Positions 1 to 7,538 of a stretch of 64,000 bases of DNA are shown piece after piece. Source of the DNA: Eubacteriales bacterium (GTDB taxonomy: Bacteria > Bacillota > Clostridia > Oscillospirales > JAAYXM01); NCBI GenBank assembly GCA_045539475.1, contig JAZQFJ010000101.1, positions 17,994 through 81,993 on the forward strand, read 5' to 3'. The position numbers were made by a program, and so were the translations under genes. Every line of letters starts with the position of its first letter. Within the stretch, counting starts at the first letter, position 1. The notes under the pieces are model-generated. The model was not told where the DNA came from. It searched no databases and saw only the letters and a list, made by a program, of their open reading frames with translations.

Positions 1-105
1 GTGCTTGAAAACGGCGAGATAATTGAGCGCGGCACGCATGACGACCTTTTGGAACAGCGCGGAAAATACTATCAATTATATACCGGAATGTTCGAATTGG
101 AATAA
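1..105 (+). CDS. 3' end of an ABC exporter ATP-binding gene (partial, start upstream of window)
   Basis: Frame 1 is open from nt 1 to TAA at 103-105. It reads VLENGEIIERGTHDDLLEQRGKYYQLYTGMFELE, a typical C-terminal tail of MsbA/multidrug-type ABC ATPases. Confidence 0.6.
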   Translation: MLENGEIIERGTHDDLLEQRGKYYQLYTGMFELE

Positions 106-129
106 AAATGAAAAAAAATAAAAAAAACA

Positions 130-159
130 CTTGACCTGGCACCTTAACCTGTGTTACAA
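130..159 (+). promoter_or_regulatory. sigma-A-type promoter upstream of rpmG
   Basis: TTGACC at 130-135, 18-nt spacer, TACAAT at 154-159 preceded by TGt (extended -10). Confidence 0.45.
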
Positions 160-298
160 TGTATATTACCTGTGAAAGGTTTATTTTTCGTGCTCTTTTT
201 CAAAAGATGCACTTAAACCTACGCGGGAGAAACAAAAAGTTTCCGCGAAGCCGTTATGGCTGTCAGGGAGGCAAATTATTCTTTGGAGGCCGAAAATT

Positions 299-448
299 AT
301 GAGAACAAAAATCACGCTCGTTTGCACAGAATGCAAGCGCAGAAACTACGACACAATGAAGGAAAAGAAGAACACGCCGGACAGACTCGAGCTTAAAAAG
401 CATTGCCCGTTCTGCCGTAAGCATACCCTTCACAGAGAATCCAAGTAA
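299..448 (+). CDS. rpmG: 50S ribosomal protein L33
   Basis: 49-aa [52 protein letters not shown] with the CxxC...CxxC L33 zinc ribbon. It sits immediately upstream of secE-nusG. It is below the ORF-track length cutoff and was read manually. Confidence 0.9.
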   Translation: MRTKITLVCTECKRRNYDTMKEKKNTPDRLELKKHCPFCRKHTLHRESK

Positions 449-492
449 TCTGTTTTTCTTTCCTCAACTACAAATGAAAGGGTGTGCACAGA

Positions 493-708
493 ATGGCTGA
501 GAAAAAAGTCGAGAAGAAAAAACGCGGCAGCATTGCTTTATGGTTCCGCGAAATGAAGAGTGAGCTTAAAAAGGTTACATGGCCGACAGCTTCGCAGGTG
601 TATAAGAACACCGTTATCGTTCTTATCGTGTGCGCAATTTTTGCTGTTATCACCGGCGTTATGGACATCGTGCTCAAATACGGAGTTTCGCTTCTCCACA
701 ACATATAA
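493..708 (+). CDS. secE: preprotein translocase subunit SecE
   Basis: MAEKKVEKKKRGSIALWFREMKSELKKVTWPT... followed by one TM helix. Canonical position between rpmG and nusG. I prefer ATG 493 over the upstream GTG 484. Confidence 0.85.
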   Translation: MAEKKVEKKKRGSIALWFREMKSELKKVTWPTASQVYKNTVIVLIVCAIFAVITGVMDIVLKYGVSLLHNI

Positions 709-723
709 CGGGGGAGAACTGAA

Positions 724-1251
724 ATGGCAGGTAATGCTAAGTGGTATGTGGTTCACACATATTCCGGCTATGAAAACACTGTAGCCGCAACGATTGAAAA
801 AACAGTTGAAAACAGAAAACTGCATGACCTTATCTGTGCGGTCAACATTCCGGTTGAAACCGTTGTGGAAATAAAAGACGGTAAGAAAAAGGAAGTGGAG
901 CGCAAGATTTTTCCGGGATACGTTCTCGTGAAAATGGTTATGACCGATGAAAGCTGGCACGTTGTGCGCAACACGCGCGGCGTTACGGGGTTTGTCGGGC
1001 CGGCAAGCAAGCCGGTGCCGCTTTCCGACGAAGAGGTTGCAAATCTCGGTGTTGAAAAGCACGAGCTTGTTATCGACTATAAGGTCGGTGACAGCGTCAA
1101 GATTATTGACGGTGCTCTTGAAGACTTTGTCGGCATTGTTGACGAAATCGCCCTTGACAAGAACAAGATTCGCGTTATCGTTTCAATGTTTGGCAGAGAG
1201 ACTCCGGTTGAGCTTGAGCCTGATCAGGTCGAGCCGGTTACGGAGGATTAA
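724..1251 (+). CDS. nusG: transcription termination/antitermination factor NusG
   Basis: WYVVHTYSGYENTV N-terminal NGN motif and a C-terminal KOW (GDSVKIIDGALEDFVGIV). Synteny secE-nusG-rplK. Confidence 0.95.
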   Translation: MAGNAKWYVVHTYSGYENTVAATIEKTVENRKLHDLICAVNIPVETVVEIKDGKKKEVERKIFPGYVLVKMVMTDESWHVVRNTRGVTGFVGPASKPVPLSDEEVANLGVEKHELVIDYKVGDSVKIIDGALEDFVGIVDEIALDKNKIRVIVSMFGRETPVELEPDQVEPVTED

Positions 1252-1396
1252 TTTTTGCATGCAGGCGCAATGCGCTTTTGCATAACTTCGGTTGCAAATG
1301 CAGCCGACGTGGGAGGTATCCGCGCATGGGACGAGCAGTCTCCGTTGCGCAGAAGATACCGCCATTTACCACATTTTATTAAGGAGGTGCGATATC

Positions 1397-1822
1397 ATGG
1401 CACAGAAAGTAGTAGGATTCATTAAGCTTCAGATTCCGGCAGGTAAGGCAACTCCGGCGCCCCCTGTAGGTCCGGCTCTCGGTCAGCACGGTGTTAATAT
1501 CGTTCAGTTCACAAAGGAATTTAACGAGCGCACTAAGAACGACATCGGACTTGTTATCCCGGTAGTCATCACGGTTTATGCGGACCGTTCGTTCACATTT
1601 ATCACAAAGACACCGCCGGCATCAGTGCTTATTAAGAAGGCTTGCAAGATTGAAAGCGGCTCCGGCGTCCCGAACAAGACAAAGGTCGCAAAGATCAGCA
1701 AGGAAGACCTCAGAAAGATCGCCGAGCTCAAGGCTCCCGACCTTAATGCGGCTACAGTCGAAACTGCAATGAGCATGATTGCAGGAACATGCAGAAGCAT
1801 GGGAATCACGGTTGAAGAGTAA
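1397..1822 (+). CDS. rplK: 50S ribosomal protein L11
   Basis: [42 protein letters not shown] lies 8 nt upstream of ATG 1397. The track ORF from 1292 is an upstream extension. Confidence 0.95.
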   Translation: MAQKVVGFIKLQIPAGKATPAPPVGPALGQHGVNIVQFTKEFNERTKNDIGLVIPVVITVYADRSFTFITKTPPASVLIKKACKIESGSGVPNKTKVAKISKEDLRKIAELKAPDLNAATVETAMSMIAGTCRSMGITVEE

Positions 1823-1911
1823 TCATCAATCGCAGAACACGGCGATAGCCGATGTTACTTACGTGGGAGGGCAAAAAGAAGCCCGAAAACTACCACAAGG
1901 AGGTTTATAGA

Positions 1912-2607
1912 ATGCGTAGAGGTAAAAAGTATATTGAAAGCGCAAAGCTCGTTGACCGTGCTGTCCAGTACGAAGTAGATGAAGCATTTGAGCTTATGTC
2001 AAAGTTCGGTAAGGCAAAGTTTGACGAAACGGTTGAGCTTCACATTAAGCTTGGCGTTGACTCCCGCCATGCCGATCAGCAGGTTCGCGGTGCGGTTGTT
2101 CTTCCGCACGGTACCGGTAAGACCGTTCGCGTTGCAGTATTTGCAAAGGGCGATAAGGCAAAAGAAGCAGAAGAGGCCGGTGCAGATGTTGTAGGTGCAG
2201 AGGATCTTCTCGCACGTATCCAGGGTGAGAACTTCTTCGATTTCGACGTTGTTGTTGCAACCCCCGATATGATGGGCGTTGTCGGACGTCTCGGTAAGGT
2301 TCTCGGTCCTAAGGGACTCATGCCGAACCCGAAGGCAGGCACTGTTACAATGGATGTTGCCAAGGCTATCACAGACCTTAAGGCAGGTAAGATTGAGTAT
2401 CGTCTCGACAAGACAAACATCATCCACTGCCCGATCGGTAAGGTTTCCTTCGGTAAGGAAAAGCTCGCTGAAAACTTCAACACCCTCGTAGGCGCTGTTA
2501 TCAAGGCAAAGCCGGCAGCTGCTAAGGGTACTTATATCCGTTCTTGCGTCGTTACATCGACAATGGGCCCGGGTATCAAGGTCAGCGTTGCAAAAATGCT
2601 TGGCTAA
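1912..2607 (+). CDS. rplA: 50S ribosomal protein L1
   Basis: [15 protein letters not shown]...[25 protein letters not shown] before ATG 1912. The track ORF from 1852 is an upstream extension. Confidence 0.95.
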   Translation: MRRGKKYIESAKLVDRAVQYEVDEAFELMSKFGKAKFDETVELHIKLGVDSRHADQQVRGAVVLPHGTGKTVRVAVFAKGDKAKEAEEAGADVVGAEDLLARIQGENFFDFDVVVATPDMMGVVGRLGKVLGPKGLMPNPKAGTVTMDVAKAITDLKAGKIEYRLDKTNIIHCPIGKVSFGKEKLAENFNTLVGAVIKAKPAAAKGTYIRSCVVTSTMGPGIKVSVAKMLG

Positions 2608-2617
2608 AAAATAGCTG

Positions 2618-2646
2618 TTGACAAATCTGTCAATATGTGCTATAAT
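2618..2646 (+). promoter_or_regulatory. sigma-A promoter of rplJL
   Basis: TTGACA at 2618-2623, 17-nt spacer, TATAAT at 2641-2646. Confidence 0.7.
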
Positions 2647-2649
2647 ATC

Positions 2650-2779
2650 TAATGCGTCTTAAGACAGCAGGTGCGTTTTGCGTAATCGTTTTATCGAGCC
2701 TGCCGAGGAGCAAGTTATAATTAACTTTGTGTTATTATGTAATTTGTAACCCATGCGTCTTAATGCGCATGGGTTTTTC
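2650..2779 (+). promoter_or_regulatory. ribosomal protein L10 leader-like attenuator
   Basis: A ~130-nt structured 5' UTR between the promoter and rplJ. It ends in hairpin AACCCATGCG/CGCATGGGTT (2748-2775) followed by a T-run. Position and architecture match Firmicute L10 leaders. No covariance model was run. Confidence 0.6.
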
Positions 2780-2807
2780 CATTAATTTCAGACGGAGGTG
2801 AATCCAC

Positions 2808-3410
2808 ATGCCCAGTGCAAAGGTTTTAGAACAGAAAAAGCAGATAGTTGCAGAGCTTGCAGAGAAGATGAAGAACGCAAGCAGCGGTGTCCTTGTTGAT
2901 TACAAGGGTATTAACGTTGCTGATGATACTCAGCTTCGTGCAGAGATGCGCAAGAATAATGTTGACTATAAGGTTATCAAGAACACGCTTATTCGCTTTG
3001 CTGCGAAGGAGGCAGGTATTGAGGGCCTTGACGGCATTCTTGAAGGCACAACTGCTCTTGCAATGAGTGCAGATGACGTCATCGCTCCGGCTAAGGTTGT
3101 TGCTGAGTTCGCTAAGAAGAATGAGGATATTTACAACATCAAGGCAGGATTTATGGATGGCAAGGTTGTCAGCGTAGAAGAGATTATGGCGCTTGCAAAT
3201 CTCCCGAGCAAGGAAGTTCTCCTCGGAAGACTCGTCGGCGGCTTGCAGGGTCCGATTTTCGGTCTCGCTCTTGTGCTTAAGGCAATCGCAGAAAAGGTTG
3301 AGAAGGAAGGTCCGGTATCGGCTTCCGCTCCCGCAGCAGAGGCTGCAGCAGAAGCAGCACCCGCTGAGGAAGCAGCTGCTCCGGCAGAAGAAGCTCCCGC
3401 AGCAGAATAA
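2808..3410 (+). CDS. rplJ: 50S ribosomal protein L10, with Ala/Glu/Pro-rich C-terminal tail
   Basis: MPSAKVLEQKKQIVAELAEKMKNASSGVLVDYKGINV. GGAGG RBS. Sits upstream of rplL. Confidence 0.95.
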   Translation: MPSAKVLEQKKQIVAELAEKMKNASSGVLVDYKGINVADDTQLRAEMRKNNVDYKVIKNTLIRFAAKEAGIEGLDGILEGTTALAMSADDVIAPAKVVAEFAKKNEDIYNIKAGFMDGKVVSVEEIMALANLPSKEVLLGRLVGGLQGPIFGLALVLKAIAEKVEKEGPVSASAPAAEAAAEAAPAEEAAAPAEEAPAAE

Positions 3411-3443
3411 TTAAAAAACATAATTTATCAGGAGGTTATTAAC

Positions 3444-3824
3444 ATGTCTGAGAAGATCACAAATTTCATTGAAGAAGTAAAAGGCTTAACAGTTCTTGAG
3501 CTCAATGAGCTCGTAAAGGCACTTGAGGAAGAGTTCGGCGTATCCGCAACAGCTGCTGTTGCAGTTGCAGCTCCGGCTGCAGGCGGTGCTGAAGGCGGCG
3601 CAGCTGCAGAGAAGGATTCCTTCGATGTAGTTCTTGCTGATGTTGGCGGCGCAAAGCTCAACGTTATCAAGGTTGTTCGTGAGATCACAGGTCTCGGCCT
3701 TAAGGAAGCTAAGGAGCTCGTTGAGAGCGCACCGAAGGCAGTTAAGGAAGGCGCTTCCAAGGATGAAGCTGAAGAAATTCAGAAGAAGCTTGAAGAAGCA
3801 GGCGCAAAGGTTGAGCTTAAGTAA
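3444..3824 (+). CDS. rplL: 50S ribosomal protein L7/L12
   Basis: N-terminal dimerisation helix, Ala-rich hinge, C-terminal [19 protein letters not shown] motif. Confidence 0.95.
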   Translation: MSEKITNFIEEVKGLTVLELNELVKALEEEFGVSATAAVAVAAPAAGGAEGGAAAEKDSFDVVLADVGGAKLNVIKVVREITGLGLKEAKELVESAPKAVKEGASKDEAEEIQKKLEEAGAKVELK

Positions 3825-3852
3825 TTTAAGCTTTATCGAAAATGCTTTTAAT

Positions 3853-3896
3853 CCGCAAGGAGCAAGGTGTTCCTGCTCCTTGCGGGAAAATTTTTT
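3853..3896 (+). terminator. intrinsic terminator after rplL
   Basis: 12-bp stem CCGCAAGGAGCA/TGCTCCTTGCGG followed by a T6 run. Confidence 0.85.
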
Positions 3897-3906
3897 CAAA
3901 AAAAGC

Positions 3907-3935
3907 TTGACTATTAGCATCAAACCCGCTATAAT
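3907..3935 (+). promoter_or_regulatory. sigma-A promoter of tRNA-Ser
   Basis: TTGACT at 3907-3912, 17-nt spacer, TATAAT at 3930-3935. Confidence 0.7.
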
Positions 3936-3962
3936 ATATAAAGTTAAGTTAATAACAGATAC

Positions 3963-4054
3963 GGAGAGTTGGCTGAGCTGGTCGAAGGCGCACGATTGGA
4001 AATCGTGTATACCCTATAAAGGTATCGAGGGTTCGAATCCCTCACTCTCCGCCA
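3963..4054 (+). tRNA. tRNA-Ser (anticodon GGA), CCA encoded
   Basis: Acceptor GGAGAGT/ACTCTCC. Anticodon stem CACGA/TCGTG with loop TTGGAAA. Long variable arm. T-arm GAGGG-TTCGAAT-CCCTC. Discriminator G followed by CCA. Confidence 0.9.
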
Positions 4055-4056
4055 AA
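4035..4056 (+). repeat. 22-bp direct repeat, copy 1 (3' end of tRNA-Ser)
   Basis: gaatccctcactctccgccaaa is identical to 6115-6136. Confidence 0.9.
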
Positions 4057-4059
4057 TGA

Positions 4060-4117
4060 ACAGACACCTTATTTTGAACTATGAATGTTCGAAAGAAGAT
4101 GTCTGTTTTTATTTTTT
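4060..4117. terminator. bidirectional hairpin terminator (tRNA-Ser / AraC gene)
   Basis: Long imperfect hairpin ACAGACA...TGTCTGT followed by a T-run on the + strand and preceded by an A-rich tract. Confidence 0.6.
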
Positions 4118-4126
4118 TCGTAGGCT

Positions 4127-4978
4127 CTACTTGGTTACCCCAACTTTTATTATAGAGCCTTTTAAAAATATGCTTGGAGTGAGTCCGGTATGTTTTTTGA
4201 ATAAGCGGTATCCGTAGGAAATATCTGTAATCCCCACAGAGTTACAGGCTTCAGAAAAATGAACATTATGTTTTCTCATAAGCGTGGTAATAACACTTAT
4301 TTTTTCTTCGTTTATATATTCTGTTATGGTAGATCCTTTTATATTTTTAAAAGCAAAGTTGATATAGTTAGGGGATTTTCCTATAGCACCGGAGATGTCT
4401 TTTAAATGAATTTTTTTATTAATATTGTCTTTTACATAGTTTTCCACTAAAGAAGCTATATTGGAGTGTGAATAATTTTCTTTTTTAATTGTATCTCTTA
4501 CTGTGGTATTAAGTTTTTGCATAATCTCAACAGTTTTCAAAGCGGAGTTAAAACTATAACGGTTTGGAGCTGTGGATACCTGATGTACTATTTCATACAG
4601 GTCTCTTTTTATTGCTTTAGTGAGTGCACTTCGTTTTGTTATAAAAGGTAAAATAATACCATCATCAGGACATTGCCCGCTTAGTTCAATTAATTCAAAA
4701 GTATAATCAAATTGCAGCTGTACCGTGCAATGGGATTGCTCCTCGTTACCATAGGTATATAATTTTATGGGAAGATGCCGAAATAGCACCAATATATCTC
4801 CCTCGTTTGCATAAAAGGTGTTGTCGTTGAATTCCGCAACTATAGTACCTGAGTTTATGTATACTATTTCAAAACTGTTATTCGTTTTTTCATAATAAAA
4901 CTTATATCCGTCTGAATAATAGTGATGCGCAAACCCTATTTCCGGTATGGAATCGAATTTTAAGTAGCCTGCCAGCAT
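4127..4978 (-). CDS. AraC family transcriptional regulator (cupin-like N-domain plus HTH)
   Basis: C-terminal double HTH (IHLKDISGAIGKSPNYINFAFK ... GYRLFKKHTGLTPS). Very AT-rich gene. Confidence 0.8.
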   Translation of the reverse strand: MLAGYLKFDSIPEIGFAHHYYSDGYKFYYEKTNNSFEIVYINSGTIVAEFNDNTFYANEGDILVLFRHLPIKLYTYGNEEQSHCTVQLQFDYTFELIELSGQCPDDGIILPFITKRSALTKAIKRDLYEIVHQVSTAPNRYSFNSALKTVEIMQKLNTTVRDTIKKENYSHSNIASLVENYVKDNINKKIHLKDISGAIGKSPNYINFAFKNIKGSTITEYINEEKISVITTLMRKHNVHFSEACNSVGITDISYGYRLFKKHTGLTPSIFLKGSIIKVGVTK

Positions 4979-5128
4979 AATGAGATCTCCTTATATATTT
5001 GCTTTATTACACACCATAATTATAACACTTTACAGTTATATAGTCCATAAAAAGTTGAAAAGTTAATTGAAATATTTTTCATTTCTGTTATACTTTAATT
5101 GCTTTTAATAATATAAGGAGGGGAAAAT

Positions 5129-5917
5129 ATGGCTTTTTATATGGAAAAAATGACTGTGAAGGATATGCAAAAGGCAATGGAACAGACAAAAACTGTAATT
5201 ATACCTACAGGTGTGGTAGAACAGCATGGATATCATCTTCCGCTTTCAACAGATATATTAAATGCAGTCAAGCCGACAGTTATAGCAGGAGATAAGCTTA
5301 AAGCTGTTGTTGCACCATCGGTAAATTACTGCTTTTCGGGGGGAGAATTATTAGGAACTGTCAACGTAAGTCCTAATACGTTTGGACTTTATATCTCAGA
5401 AATTGTTTCAGAATTTGTTCGAATGGGTTTTGAAAATATAATTATCCTGTTGGGACATGCAGGGACAGATAATATAAATGCACTTCGCAATAGTCTTCAG
5501 ATGTTGCTGCGTAGAAATAAGGATATAGCTGAAAAGATATCCTTGTCTTTGGTTGAAGCATGGAAGTTATCAGCTACATGGTTGTCGGGCTTTGCGTTAG
5601 AACCCGAACATGATTTTCATGCCGGCATGATGGAGACGGCCTTGATGATGTACTGGGCACCCGAATTGGTAGGAACAGAAATAGTTCAGGATGAAGAATA
5701 TTATGCCAAAATGATGAGAACAGATCAGGATTGGTTCGAAAAGAGAACAAAACCGGTTGACTCACCATTTGTTATTGAAACTGTTGGCCAGCGTGATGAA
5801 ATCAAAGTTGGAGTAATGGGTTTGCCTGAGCGGGCAACAAAAGAACTCGGGGAAAAAATTTGCTGCGAAATAATAGACGGACTATGTGAATTTGTCAACA
5901 AATTAGAAAACAGATAA
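5129..5917 (+). CDS. creatininase-family amidohydrolase
   Basis: N-terminal IIPTGVVEQHGYHLPLSTD metal-ligand motif, plus GHAG and HAGMMETA. AAGGAGG RBS 7 nt upstream. Divergent from the AraC gene. Confidence 0.75.
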   Translation: MAFYMEKMTVKDMQKAMEQTKTVIIPTGVVEQHGYHLPLSTDILNAVKPTVIAGDKLKAVVAPSVNYCFSGGELLGTVNVSPNTFGLYISEIVSEFVRMGFENIIILLGHAGTDNINALRNSLQMLLRRNKDIAEKISLSLVEAWKLSATWLSGFALEPEHDFHAGMMETALMMYWAPELVGTEIVQDEEYYAKMMRTDQDWFEKRTKPVDSPFVIETVGQRDEIKVGVMGLPERATKELGEKICCEIIDGLCEFVNKLENR

Positions 5918-6003
5918 ATTTACCTTCCGCCTGATAAAACATTATGAAAAAAATTAACGGCATCTAAACCATTCGGTTCTTCCAAAGCGGAAATGCACCA
6001 GCC

Positions 6004-6136
6004 GGAGGTTGGTGCGTTTTTGGTTTGCGGAAAAGAAGTGAGAGGGTTCGAACAGGACGGCACACCGCAGTGTGCAAAAAGGGTGCCGGTGGCACGCTTT
6101 TTAGTCTGCGGGTAGAATCCCTCACTCTCCGCCAAA
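6004..6136 (+). pseudogene. degenerate tRNA-Ser-like remnant(s)
   Basis: GAGGGTTCGAA (6042-6052) equals tRNA-Ser 4027-4037. It is followed by 62 unrelated nt and then by the exact last 20 nt of the tRNA (6115-6134). There is no anticodon arm and the T-stem is broken. Confidence 0.55.
6115..6136 (+). repeat. 22-bp direct repeat, copy 2
   Basis: Identical to 4035-4056. Flanking bases differ on both sides. Confidence 0.9.
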
Positions 6137-6285
6137 AATCGACATTCTTCTACAGAGGAATGTCGATTTTACTTATTACCTATTCCTTCTTCACTATTCC
6201 CTAAAATACTTGTCGATTTTTGGGAGGTAATAAGTAATAGTGAATAAGGAAGAGGTAAGGTACAAACTCGCATAAGCGAGTTTGA
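6134..6285 (+). repeat. structured intergenic repeat family, copy 1 (tRNA-downstream type)
   Basis: Shares its module order and most of its sequence with 26324-26465: a terminator hairpin, ACTTATTACC...TTCACTATTCCC, TGTCGATTTTTGGGA, GGTAATAAGTAATAGTGAATAAGGAAGA, then a variable hairpin. Confidence 0.75.
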
Positions 6286-6553
6286 TTAAATGGGAAGATG
6301 TTTATGGATAGTCCGTTGCTTATGAAATATGCCTTACGGCATATAAAAAGGCGTATTTTATTTCACATCTTTCTGTAAGAAAATATTTTATAATCCGTCA
6401 GGATTATTTCATATCAACGGAGTTAATATTTCACTAAAAACTAAAATACATCATTATTGTTCTGTTTTGTATTATTCATTTTTCATCATTCATTCGACAG
6501 AATTTTCAATGAATAATTGATTTTGTCATTACTCTTTTGTGTAACTTTACAAA

Positions 6554-6596
6554 AGTTTACAGATAACTTGACAGATGTAAACTGCTGTGTTAATAT
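6554..6596 (+). promoter_or_regulatory. nadA promoter with overlapping palindromic operator (candidate NiaR site)
   Basis: TTGACA at 6568-6573, 17-nt spacer, TAATAT at 6591-6596. The inverted repeat AGTTTACA (6554-6561) / TGTAAACT (6576-6583) straddles the -35. Confidence 0.5.
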
Positions 6597-6637
6597 ATAT
6601 GCGGAAATTTGTTGTACTTTGAGGTGGAATACAAAAG

Positions 6638-7537
6638 ATGGAAAAACAAATTGAAAAACTAAAAAAGGAAAAGAACGCAGTAATACTTGCACATTATTAT
6701 GCACCTGATGAAGCTCAAAGGGTTGCTGATTTTGTCGGAGATTCATTTTATCTTGCGAAAGTGGCAAAGAAAACATCTGCAGATATTATTGTTTTTTGTG
6801 GTGTTTCTTTTATGGGGGAGAGTGCAAAAATATTGAATCCCGATAAAACGGTTCTTATGCCTGATCTGTCTGCGGACTGTCCTATGGCTCATATGGTAGC
6901 TCCGGGAAAGATTCAGGAGATGAAAAAACAGTTTGATGACCTGGCGGTAGTTTGCTATATTAATTCAACTGCAGAGCTTAAATGCCAGAGTGATGTATGC
7001 GTTACATCGTCAAATGCAGTCAAAATTGTAAAAGCATTGCCGAACAAAAATATATTTTTTATACCGGATCGTAACCTCGGACGGTATGTGGCGAAACAGG
7101 TTCCGGAAAAGAACATTATTATAAACGACGGATGTTGTCCGATTCATGCAAAAATAACCAAAGAGCAGATTGATGCTGTGAGAAAACTACATCCGGATGC
7201 AAAGGTTATTTCCCATCCGGAATGCGAGGATGAAGTTCTTGAGGTTTCAGATTACATCGGAAGTACAGCACAGCTGATTAAATATGCAGGAAAGAGCGAT
7301 GCAACAGAATTTATTGTTTGTACGGAAACGGGAGTTGAATATAAGCTCAGCTGTGATAATCCTGATAAAAGGTTCTTTTTTGTCGATCCGATGCCATGCT
7401 GCAAGGATATGAAGCTCAACACCCTTGAAAATATACTTTCGGTGCTTGAAAAGGAAAACGACACGGTTGAAGTTGACGAGGAAACGCGGCGCAAGGCTTT
7501 AATTCCGCTTGACAGGATGTTGGAGTGTGCAAAATAA
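6638..7537 (+). CDS. nadA: quinolinate synthase
   Basis: ILAHYY..., VCYINSTAELK, and CPIHAK / CCKDMK cluster-ligand regions. Followed by nadB and nadC. Confidence 0.9.
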   Translation: MEKQIEKLKKEKNAVILAHYYAPDEAQRVADFVGDSFYLAKVAKKTSADIIVFCGVSFMGESAKILNPDKTVLMPDLSADCPMAHMVAPGKIQEMKKQFDDLAVVCYINSTAELKCQSDVCVTSSNAVKIVKALPNKNIFFIPDRNLGRYVAKQVPEKNIIINDGCCPIHAKITKEQIDAVRKLHPDAKVISHPECEDEVLEVSDYIGSTAQLIKYAGKSDATEFIVCTETGVEYKLSCDNPDKRFFFVDPMPCCKDMKLNTLENILSVLEKENDTVEVDEETRRKALIPLDRMLECAK

Positions 7538-7538
7538 T

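Noticed and set aside
1292-1396. N-terminal extensions of track ORFs: rplK 1292, rplA 1852, nadB 7509, niaR 9654, 19046, 29325, 31303, 39152, 43632, 55789, 57343
   Set aside because: Internal ATGs with good Shine-Dalgarno spacing coincide with the conserved family N-termini. The extensions overlap upstream genes or leaders.
3486-3923. 145-aa ORF antisense to rplL
   Set aside because: It shadows a highly conserved ribosomal protein gene and crosses the rplL terminator, so it is spurious.
4057-6114. Calling the AraC/creatininase segment an active genomic island or integrative element
   Set aside because: It has no integrase, excisionase or mobility gene and is only 2 kb long. I report it only as an att-like scar with foreign composition.
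5920-6135. 71-aa minus-strand ORF
   Set aside because: It overlaps the tRNA-Ser-like remnants and the 22-bp repeat and has no RBS. The region is better explained as att and tRNA debris.
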